From positions 42,274,469 to 42,338,468 of the forward strand of contig NC_057728.1 of NCBI RefSeq assembly GCF_004010195.1: a stretch of 64,000 nucleotides of DNA. Direction: 5' to 3'. This stretch comes from Chiloscyllium plagiosum (Eukaryota). This document shows, piece after piece, positions 49,401 to 61,400 of this stretch (position 1 is its first letter; each line of letters opens with the position of its first letter). The notes below the pieces were generated by a model. That model worked only from the letters and a program-made list of their open reading frames with translations. It was not told the DNA's origin and did not search any database. The translations under genes were made by a program, and so were the position numbers.

Positions 49401-52400
49401 CCTCACGGAGCCCTAGCCCTGAGGGTAATCCGGGGTTAAAGTGTTCTACTGGTTGTAGTCATTCCTAACACAAAATAAGGTGATTATAATACTTGGAGGC
49501 CAACCATTTCAGGTCCAGGGTGTTACTGCAGGAGTCCCTCAGTCATTTTTGAAAACAAGATGGCGGTGGAGTAGCAGGGCTGAGCCCTGGCCTCATTTGT
49601 TCCCATCTGCTTTCTTGTATTCCTCTTCTTCTTCATTTTACTTTTGCTCTTTTTTCCTTCCTCTTCCTTTTTTTTTTAAAGCCTTTTACTGCGATTTTGA
49701 CATTCAGCATATCAGCGAGAGTGGGCCACATGCGGAATGATGGCAGTCTCCTAGTGATTGGGGACAGTGGCCTCCCGTGCTCCTCTTGGCAATCGAAGGT
49801 GGTGGCAGCAGCATGGCATCAGCACAGCAGCAACAGTGGGCCATGAGTGGGATGGCAGCAGCTTCCCAGCGATTGGAGGGGGTAGTAGCAGTGGTAGCAA
49901 GGTCACAACTCCCCCCGGTAATCCACGCTGCAGCAAATCACCTCTCATCAATCTGAAGTGGTGGCAGCTGCCGAAGTAGCAGCAACAACGCTGTTTCTCC
50001 CAGCGATTGCCCAGGTCGAGGACTTTAAGATCGAGACCTTTTTCCTTAAGTAAGATCTGGACTTTTAAAAATTTCCTTTCGGCTCTTTTATTTCTGCTGT
50101 TTTTTAAAAACACTTTGTTGCTTTGTAACCAAAATGGTGCCGCTGAGTGGCGACTTTGTGCACTTTTTGCTGTATTGCTGTATTCCTACACTTGAGTACG
50201 CATGACAATGAAGTCTAATTCCACTTTTCTAATTCCAATTCTAGGCCCCGCTATCTTCAGCTGCTTCAATGACCTCCCTCCAGCATAAGGTCAAAAGTGG
50301 AGATGCTTGTTGATGATAGTGCAGCATTCACTACTGTTTGCAACTCTTCAGAAACTGAAGCAGTCCACAGCCACAGGACTGAGAACTGAGATGTAACATT
50401 CACACTATACAAAGGCTAGGCAATGACTATCTCCAATAGAAGAGAATCTAACCAACTTCTCCCATACCCTCTGAGACTAAGTAGGATTACCGTTGCTGAA
50501 TCCGACACCATGAACATCCTGATGGCAATTAGGGAAATATAGCCACAGTCATTGAATATCATAAATAACATTAAAAGGGACAGAAGCACTTAAGATTCCT
50601 GCCTACGTGAGGGATCAGTACTGTGAGAATCGATTACTCATGGTTTGGTACATTATTATCCAAGTTTATTTTTTCATTATTTTGCAGCTCTAATTCTAAT
50701 TTCTCAGACTGACACATCAGGAGTGGAACAAATAGCCCATGAACAAAGTACTCATGAAATTTCGATGAGTATTTTCAGTATTCACATGCTTCAAAACAAC
50801 AATTATTAAAACTCAATGAACACTTTCATAAATGTAAATATATACAGAAAGCAGTTTTATAAGAGAAATAAGAAGAATAAAAGAGCAAAAAATCTCAATA
50901 TTATGCATTCTTTTATATTCTCTGAGCTTCTTGGCTTGAAACTAGGTCATTATAATGACGCATTGCTGCAGTAAAATTCTCCGCTCTACAATATTTTCAT
51001 TAGAAAAAAAGAAATCTGCAGGATTTGTTTGCTCCAGATTGTTGAGTAAAATTGCAACAAGATTGCAGTTTTTTCCTGCTAAGACTGAAAGCCAATGCAG
51101 ATTTAATTTATTGGATGTTATTAACTGAAAATTTCCGATATAAATGATATTTCCAATAGTTGCATGAGACTTTTACAGATTTAGTAGTCTACAGAGATTT
51201 TCAAAAAACATTTTCCTTTGTCCTGATCAACATTAAAAAAAAGTCAAAATGCTTTTAGTTTTCAGAACATATGTTTCCAACATTGATACAAGCGAGTGGC
51301 AAATATATCTCACTTCCTTGCAATTCTTTTGTTTTAGAAAGGTCTAGAAATTAAACAGTGCTACTTTAGTTAACTCTCACCCCAAAAACAAAGGATAGAA
51401 TGGAATTCTCTAATGGCAACACTAATTTTGATGAAGGAAAGCATCCCTACACCACCAAACTATTCAAAAACAAAAGCCAACCTAAACTAGGTTCCACAGC
51501 TGTTGCATGACCTGTTATGTATTTTAGACAATTTTTGTTTGTATTTCAGATTTCCAACATCCGCAATCTGTATTGCAGCACAAATGATAATTGGTGATAC
51601 TGGAGTTTTTCCTTTTTATTTTGAAAGTTTGGACCTTCCTGATGCTGTTTCATGTCAGATTAAGGTAGATTAACAGAGTATATTTTTGTCATTCTTTCCA
51701 TGTTGGTTTCAGTTTTCAAGCCACATTTCCTGATCTAAAATGTTATTTTCAAAAATGATTGAATATGAGATGTAATGCTGAATTCGTTAGAAATGATTTA
51801 AGTCTATAACTTACTCTCCAAGTTTGGCCCAGATTGCCAAGGCTACTCGTAGAATCACCTCAGATCCTTCAAAGAAAACAGAGTCCCAGATTCGTAGCAC
51901 AGTATGATTAGGAAGGCATGTCGCAAACAAAGTTAGGAACCACTGCATGGTGAACACATTGGTCAGGGGAGGCTCGTAACTGCCTATCAATAAAAAAAAT
52001 CATGGTTTTGAACCAAAAATTATACATTTAATCACAGTAAACATTTTGATTCTTGAATTGAGTTCTGAAAGATGAATAATCTTCTATTTACTAAAGTGAA
52101 AATATTTTAAAATTGTTAGCGAGTCATGGTATCATACAACATGGAAACAGACCCTTTGGACCAACCAGCCCATGCCAACCATAATCCTAAACTAAACTAG
52201 GCCCATCTGCCTGCATTTGGGCCATATCCCTCCAAATGTTTCTTATTCATTTATGTATCCAAAAGTCTTTTACATGTTGTAACTGTGCCCACACCCACCA
52301 CTTCCACTGGCAGTTCATTCCACATATGAACTACTCTCTGTATAAAAAAGTTGCCCCCCATGCCTTTTTAAAAAATCTTTCTCCTTTCACCTTTAAAATA

Positions 52401-55400
52401 TGCCCCCTAGTCTTGAAATCCCCAACCCTAGAGAAAAGACACCAGCTATTCACCCTAACTGTACCCCTCATGATTTTATACACCTCTATAGAGGTCACCC
52501 CTTAACCTCTTATGCTCCAGTGAAAGAAGTCCCAGCCTATCTATTCTCTCCTTGTAACTCAAACCTTCTATTTCTGGCAACATCCTGCTAAATCTTTTCT
52601 GAACCCTCTCTACCTTAATAATATCCTTCCTATAACAGGGTGATCAGAACTAGACACAGTACTCCAAAAGAGGCTCACCAACGTCCTGTATGACCTCAAC
52701 ATGACTTCCCAACACCTCCATTCAAAGATCTGAGCAATGCAAGCGAGTGTGTCAAATGCCTTTTTAACCATCTTGTTTACCTGTGACTCGAACTTCAAAG
52801 AATTATGTACATGAATCCTTACAGCACTACCCAAAGCCCTATGTTTAATTGTATAAGTCCTGTCCTTGTTTGTTTTACCAAAATGCAATATCTCACATTT
52901 ATCCAAATTAATCTGTCTCTCAGCCCACTAACCCAATTGATCAAGATCTCTTTGTAATCTTAGATGTCCTTCTTCAGTGTCAACTATACCACTGCAAACA
53001 TTCCTTCACAGCCCAGAAAAACCTAACCTGGTATTAAAACCTTTGTGTGTATGTCTGAAACACTAAAGAAAATCAGGAATCTAAATTTACGTTAGAAATG
53101 ACCTAATCAGCATCTCTTCAAATAATTCAATTCAAATGGCATAAAATGAATAGTTTTTGTTCTGAATTTTGGATTTTTTAAAGAGGTTTGCACTGACAAC
53201 TATTGAATTAAAAAATTCACTATCATTACTATTCATTATAATGTGGTCAGTTCCCTCACAACCACGCCCTGTCTATCCATCTTATAGAACTGGATTCTAT
53301 CGCCACAAATTGAGCAGGTTGCACTCATTCACCTTTGTAAAATATGGCACAGTGATACTGGGTTGTCAATCCAACATCATCCCACCTGTCCCCAGAGGTA
53401 AGGACAGAAATAGTGTGCCACGGTGCTGCTCCTGTCACAGGACTCATCTCCTAAGCTGAGCACAGTGGGCCCTTGGAGCCCCAGGTCCTGGTTCTGGGCC
53501 CGAATGTACCTCCTGCCCCATATCCTGCCTTTGTCCAATATCACAGAAGGTGAGCAGGTGCTGAAATCTGAAGCCTATCTACCCCACTGAAAGAAACAAG
53601 TATCAAGCCATTGAGTTTGTTAAGTTGCCAATCAACTGTAATTTTGCACTGACCACTCAACTTACTTTGTAAGTTGCATGAAAGAGATTTGGAGGTGAAT
53701 TATGCCAAGTGTTACTGATGTTATTATTGGACAAGTCAGATCCCAAGCGGAAAGGTGGTTTGAGAGATCATTTTCTTTTCATTTTAATGTGATGGTTTAC
53801 CACTGAAATGCAAACATGCAGTGTTGAAAATTCGTATCTAACAACAAAACTTAAATTCATTCCACAAAAGAAATAAAAATAAAATGTAATAAGCCAAAAT
53901 ATTACAATTTGGAAACACACAGTAAAGTACAATCCCATTAATCCCAACAATACTCCTTTACAGCATTACACTAGAGAGACTTCCCTCCTCTTTCACATTT
54001 ATACAGCATAATTAAACTGTGGTTTCAAATTCCCATCTTGAGAATTTTCCTGGAGCCTTCATACAACTACACTTAGACTTTCACTGCTTCAAATAAACCC
54101 CTCAGGGTTTTAACCACAAACACTTATGGTTTGGAAATTTTAAACCAAACTCCTTACAGTGAGGCAACCTCTTTTTTTTTAAAACAGCCCTTCACTACCT
54201 CTCTTTCTCATTTTATTTTTACAATTTTTACAATATGTTTTACATATCCAGTTTAAGCCAAGACCACTGCAAACTGCCCCAAACTGAACCTGGAAAGTAT
54301 CTCTCCAAACTAAATTTTGTTGTTAGACACAATTTTTCAGAATTGGATGTTTGTGTTTCAGTGGCAAACTAACTCATTAAACAAAGCCCCTAAACACCCT
54401 TACTGAAAACAAAATTCACAATCTTTTATCCGATAAAATCATCATGGCTACAAAATTCTGAAATCCAAGGATAAATTATATATTTTCCAAAATAACATAC
54501 CTTACATCACACGTGGGAAGTCGGAGAAAATAGCACAAAGATGACAATAAAGCCTGAAGTCAGACTGTAGCAAAGTCTGTTGTTGAAGGTGGAGATTTTT
54601 AATTTGCTCAGCTTCTATTAACTGACTTAAAATTAAAACAAGTTTGAGAGGGAAGGGCTTATTAATTTGGTGGCTGGAACTGACCCCCAGCCATCTCCCT
54701 CTTGATGTCTCATTCTTGACAGCCAATTGGCTCAGAGCTCCCTTTCACGACATTAATTGGCCGGCATTCCTGACAACCAGTTGCTAATTTTTCCTGATGA
54801 AGAGTTTATGCCCGAAACAGCGATCCTCCAGCTCCACGGATGCTGCCTGCCTTGCTGCGCTTTTCCAGCACCACACTCTCAACTCTGATCTCCAGCATCT
54901 GCAGCATCACTTTCTTCAATCAGTCGCTAATTGACAGGCTAACATACTAGAACTGCATGGCTACGTGAATGGTGGAACACTCCCTGTTCTGCTTCTCTTT
55001 ATCAACAGAAGCCATTAAAGGCAGAGAGAATGTGTTAAAAATAAACTCAAAACTAAGAAAGTCTTCATCAATACCTCAATGCATCCAGTGGTAATCTGGA
55101 TAAGCATGAGGGAAAAACGAGTAGAAGACTTAGTTAGTTAGAAGGTTAGTTGAATCAAATTGAAAGGAGGTTTGTGTGGAACATTAACACCTACTTGGAC
55201 CAACTGTAAGTGGAAATGCTCTGCTATTTGATGTTTATCAGCAACTTCCATGGTTGATTTGTTAGTGCCCAAAAAATATTTCATTTGCAGCATAGGCTTG
55301 GGTTCAAGCCACACCTATTTCAGAAGTATGTAATAACATTTCTGAACAGATTGGTCAGAAACTACCTGGAATCCTTTCTCAAAATATGGCCATGAGAAAC

Positions 55401-58400
55401 AAGAAGTATCAAGTACAATGGAGAGAGAAAACCAGCCCCTAAAAGAAATTAAGTCCATTAAAATTGAAATAAATTTACCTGCACTTTCCTTATTGGCACC
55501 TTTCTGAAGATTATCAAGGTACTGGGATAGCTCAGGTAGTTTTATCCGAAGAAGATCTCGAAAAACAGCCATATCGACAGATAATGCACGTAAATTATTG
55601 GCAAAATAGCTCTCGGGGAGTACTTTGTCAATCAAGTAAATCATTACCTATATATTATAAAACAAAAAGAAACAGGGTAATAGGTTTTAATCTGTGAAGT
55701 CCATATAACACATCTCAATGTTACTTCCTTATGTTGTTTCATCATCTATTGTACGCACAATGAATAACTAGAGAGCAAATGGTCTGAAATTTAATTAAAG
55801 ACCCCACCATCATTCTTGTGCATAATTGTGTAACACTAGTGCTTCATGTGGTTGTATGAAACAAATTCCAAGTCAGAATTTATAACAGAATGGAAAAATA
55901 AAACATAAATGAACACACAATTATCAATAAAAGTTGAAATACCTCAAAAACAGATATCTAAATCAGTTTACTCAATGTATTATTAATGGAGTGTCAATAA
56001 ATATGTACTAGAAAGTTACAGGAAAAGGAGCGCTAGCTCTTAACCTGGAGATAAAACAAAACATCTTATCAAATCCTTAACATGCCTCCATGCCATAATC
56101 AAATAAATATGCACTAAGGAGACTTCAGCAGCAATTCTGTTCAATGCAAATAGAATTCCCAAAGCCGTGGCGAAGCACTATATAAATGCACGTTCATTAC
56201 TGTTCTTAAACTTGATTAGCAAATTTGTTCTACTTCATTGCATTTACCTTCAGTGCATCTCCTTCATTCCCTTCCATCACTTCTAGTATGAGTGCAGCAA
56301 GTACATTGAAACCTTGGCAATAGCCTACAAATTTGTTCCAGCGAGCATACGCGAGAAGAACTCGCTTCAGCATCACACGATCCTGCTCAGCCTCCTGCCC
56401 ACAATAAGAACTGCAACCTGTTCTGTGAAGATCCTTGAAACAAACAATTCTTAGTTAATAAACAAACAATAAGTTCACGTTTATTTGCGTTCCTGACCTC
56501 CTCCTTGAAAGGTTTAAACAATGATCACTTTATGAGCCTTGGTTTGTCATTGCACAGTAATGTTAAGTTCAGTAGAGGTTTGGTAAATAAATGCATTTTC
56601 AGCTTGTTGCAATCCCTGCAGAGACTATTAACTTTAAACGGGAGATTTAAATTCCCAGTGACCAACTTAAAGAATACTCACAGCAAGATTTCTGTTTTAA
56701 GATTTTTACTGCAACAAATAAACTAAAAGCAACACTGACTATACAATACTTGCCAAGCAAATAATACTCTAACCTATAAAAAGGTATCTCCTCTATGTTT
56801 TTAACACAAACAAAAACCTCACAGCACAATTTTACTACCTTCTCCATTTTGGCATAATTGTAGTTTTCACAGGAACTGACACCACTCCTCATTCTAATTG
56901 GTTGTGACTGTTCACACTGCTTTTTATTCTTTTGGCTGTGTTGGATGTTAAGGATGGCATTAAACTTTCCAAAAAATTTATTTGGCTGAGTCTACAATAG
57001 GACATTGGCCAGAGGATACCCACAAATTTGGCTTGATATTATGGATTTGTGATGACATTGTAGCTATATAATTCGTATACAACTATACTATTATCACTGA
57101 ATTTCACTGGAGATATCAACCTTGTTTTATCAGAAGTGACTACAGTTTTGATCATCATTTTGATTTGCATACGCAGGGAAATAATTTTTAAGGAGCCTCT
57201 ATAGAATGTTTGCTATTGTGTGTGATTTATACAAGCTCCATTTGTGAAGAAAATAGATGTTGCTGAAATTTTATCTTAAGACCCAGCTCTCTGTCAAAAT
57301 ACAGCCTTGCTGTAAATACATATTGGACACACTTGTGTCAATAGATACCCAATCCTTGGTATTACTTAGATCATAGGCAGGGACAGAAGTCCAGGGCTCC
57401 ATGCTTTTCCTGACCCTGATCCCTTCCCAACAACAGCAGCCCTGCCCCCTATCCCAAGAACAGCAGCTTCAATCCTGTCCACGACACAGTGACCATGTCC
57501 CTGCGCTGAGCTCTGGGTATCAGTTACTGGGTCTTGATGAATTCTACTGTCCTGGGCCCAGACATTAAACTTCAGGTAAGAGGCTAGCTGCTGTGAGGCA
57601 AAGACACATTTAGCACATCATACAGTCAGGAATTGGTGCACAGATAGAAAGAGATAATATAATCAAAGCCATCATTCCTCCAGAATGCTGGTACAGCAAA
57701 CTATTGGCATTCTCTAGGATAGATCGAGATGAGTTCTGCAATAGATGTCCCAAGAATCTCTCTGTCACTGCCATTTATTGCAAACTTCACAGTTTTATGA
57801 CTGAAAAGAATTAGTGCATCTCGCAACTTGTGAAGAAGATGAGGAGCTGAAGCAGCATGAAGAACAAGACACAGGAAATAATGAATAGAGGCAAGACCAA
57901 GTACCCTTCCAGTCACAAACTCTTCAATAACTCAACAAGTAGTGATAAAATAATCAAATCTTATTTCCCAACACTACCAGTCCCTCCCAATATGCTTGAT
58001 GCTATCCATCATCCATAGGACAGCAATTAAGGCCAAAGGATGTAGGAGAAGAAATAGGTCATTCACCCTATTACATTCAATGGGATATGGCTGATCTGAT
58101 AATGATAGAATCCCTACAGTACTGAAAGAGGCCACTTGGTCCATCGAATCTGCACTGACCCTCCGAAGTGCATCCACTCCTATCTTGCAGACCCACATTT
58201 ATCATAGTTAATCCACCTGGCCTACACACTACAGGGCTATATGGCATGGCCAATCCATCTAACCTGCACATCTTTGGACTCTGGGAGAAAACAGAAGCAC
58301 CAGGAGAAAGTCCATGTAGACACAGGGAGAACATACAAGCTCCACACAGATGGTCACCCAAGATGAAATCAAGCCCTGGTCCCTGGCACTATGAGGCAGT

Positions 58401-61400
58401 AATAATAACCACTGTGCCGCCTATCCTCAGCGCCACTTCTATGCCTTTTCCTTACAGCCTCTGATTCCTCTATTGATTAAAAATTTGTATATCTCAGCCT
58501 TGAATATACTGAACGACCCTGACTCTACAGCTTTCTGGTAAAGAATTGCACAGATTCACTATTTTCTGAGAGACGAAATTCCTGCTCACCTCTGTATTTT
58601 CCCAAACACCAGTGTGGGCCTTTCAACCAAGACATATTGTTTGGTCAATTCATCCTCAAAGAAACTCTGAATATAAGACCGCTGTAAAAAAAAATCTAGA
58701 AACAGACCGAGCACCATTCTAAAGGTAACGATCACCTTTAGTGATCGTTTAGTGACTCACTTTAGTATTCGTCTGCCCATAATACTGCTATTAAAACAAA
58801 TTACCCCAGCCACTCCAGAACGAGAGATGGAAGCCTGCTGCGCTTTCACAAAGGTACCTGGGACAACCACCATTACTAAGGCTTAAGATGACACCTTGGC
58901 TACACTAGAGCTGTCTGGTCCAGCTGGCATTTGGCGAAAGGATAGTCATGGCTTGAGGAATTGCTGGATAAGCAAAGAAACATTCTTTATTGGGTGGAGC
59001 CACATCTTTCAGAAAGTAAGATGGTTGTGGTTCAAGATCAATTATCTCTGTTCTGGGACATCATTATAGAGTTCTTCAAGGGGTTGTGCCTTAAGCCTAA
59101 CCATCTGTGATTGTTTGAGCAATGACCTTCTTTCAGCATACAGTCCAAAGTAGGGATGTTAGTCAATGATGCAATATGCGTTGTACCATTCACAACTCCT
59201 CAGATACTGAAGCAGTCTTTGCCTGAATGCAGCATGACCTGGATAACTTTGGATTGAACCAATAAATTATGAGTAACATTTATGCCTCACAAGTTCCAAA
59301 CAATTACCTTCTTCAACAACTGAGTATCTCAACATCTCGCCTTGATATTTAACTGCATGAACATTACTGAATAATTCTTAAGGGTGATCAAAAATGGGCA
59401 ACAAATCCTAGCCTGGCCAGTTGTGGTCACATCTCACACACAATTAAAAATGCTGTCATCCTGAGAGAGGTTAATAATAGCCTTTCCTATTGTATTATTC
59501 ATCACATGAGGCAGCACTTGGACATTTTCACCGAACTGTAGCAGATCAGATCAAAGGAGGGTTTCAAAAGCCACCTGAAACTCCACCATGTTTCAAAGCA
59601 CTGTTACGACACGGAGTAAACTATCTTTCTTAATTTAAAACCATCAACACAGAAAAAATTTATCCCGTGCACCAATCTATGAAAATTCAAGAGGCCAAGA
59701 ATTATTTAAAGTGAAAATTAACTACTTTATTTCTTAAAGTATAACAGAATAATTAACTAACAACTATTTACAACTCCATCCTCTAACCTATCATTTACCT
59801 TCCCCTTCCACAATATTAGTTCGATAAAACTCCCAATTAAGATTTACAAAACAAAACTTCTTAACTCAAAACCAGCAGCTTTCAATTCTTCTGTGTCTTC
59901 TTTTCTTGTTCTTAGGGATTCTGCTTCACAGGTTACTGATCGATAAATGTACTTTTAAGAGAGCTATTTTTCAGGCAGTTATTTACCCGCTGGCAGCTTT
60001 GCAGTTGTCCTCTCAACTGTTCAAATTTCCCCAGTCTTACACCCCCAAACCACTGGATTGTGTCATTGGCTTTTAACATTGTCAATTTACTAAACTCAAA
60101 CTAGATTGGAGTTTGGTATCTTTTGGGATATAATTTAAACTGATTGACCTAATTCAACTCTGCTTTGTTGTTTCCAGGCAACTAGCTACCCTAGCTACCC
60201 CAGTAGCTGGAGCACAAGTTAAACTGTGTCTTGTTGAGAACACTTGGTGCTGTCACCGCTAGCTTTTAACTCTCTTCGAGGTACAGTACAACAACATCTT
60301 CATAACAGCACATGGCAGCAGCATCGGGAAATGTCTTGTAGCAATACTGTTACTATTAATTTTAAAGAGTCACAAGAACTGAGTCCATAGTGTAGGCTGA
60401 TAGTTCAGTGAGTAACAAAGGAAGTTTTGAAGTTGCTATCTTTTATATAAGTCTCCACAATAGCTCACAATTGCTTGCTCAACTAACTTAACATTATCAA
60501 TCAGACTTGCAACGTGTCTTATTTATGCTTGCTAGGATCTACATATGTTTGTAAACAAGGCCCAGTTCTCTGCACACACAAGGAATTTGTCCAAGCTTTT
60601 TGACTTTTCAAATAGAAGTTGGGGGCACTGTTCCCTGGAGCATTCCTCACTCTACATGTCAGCCAAGTAGAGCTGACTTGCTTTTTTGTGTTTAAACAAA
60701 AGCTTTGGGGTAACTGCTCCAGGTGCATTCTCCATAGATACACATTGGTCAATCAGCCATGACTTCTAACCAATCATCATCGTGCTTTTCATGTAGCATA
60801 ATGTGTTGGTCCTTTTGCAATTTGCCATTCTTGCATTTCTCCTGATGAGTACAAGATAAGAAATTCAATAATATGTCTCTTTTTTCAGCACTACTGATGT
60901 CAGTATGTTCACTGGAACTCTGAATTTTAATCTTTACATAATACAAAAATATTCTAAATGCCAAACTAATACAAACAGATGACAGATGCTGTTATTTGTG
61001 TTGTCACTGGTATTTCTCAGCAGTAGCTACTACAACATACGTCATGGAAGGGCACAGTTGTTAGGTTACCCTCTCAATCTTTAAATGCTTTTGTTTGCAG
61101 TGACGGATGCTGGAGTTACAATAGTATTAACAGCTTATCATGAACACAATTACAGCAGCTACTGCATTTTGGCAGCTGAATAAATAACACTGAAAGATAG
61201 GCCAACAAGGTTAACTTTGAAACCAAAAAGCAATTGGTTGTGAAATGCTGTTGTCTTTATTCAAATGCACAGCAAATGAACTATTACACAATAATTGAGG
61301 CTTTTTTACGAGCAGAGATATGGCTTGTACATTTGATTGTGAGCCTACACACAGCAGGACATAAATCACACAATATTCTAATTCCCAATTTATGCTCGGA

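Larger units (their letters stand above)
48305..50530 (+). mobile_element. Fragmented L2/CR1-type LINE ORF2, interrupted by an HE1 SINE and a non-autonomous element
   Basis: Similar to 63560-64000. AGVPQS (about 49525-49545) resumes at LGPAIFSCFNDLP (about 50240). Confidence 0.65.

Noticed and set aside
56434..56436. Non-canonical splice acceptor
   Set aside because: AAG is a less common but ordinary AG acceptor, and the frame is consistent.
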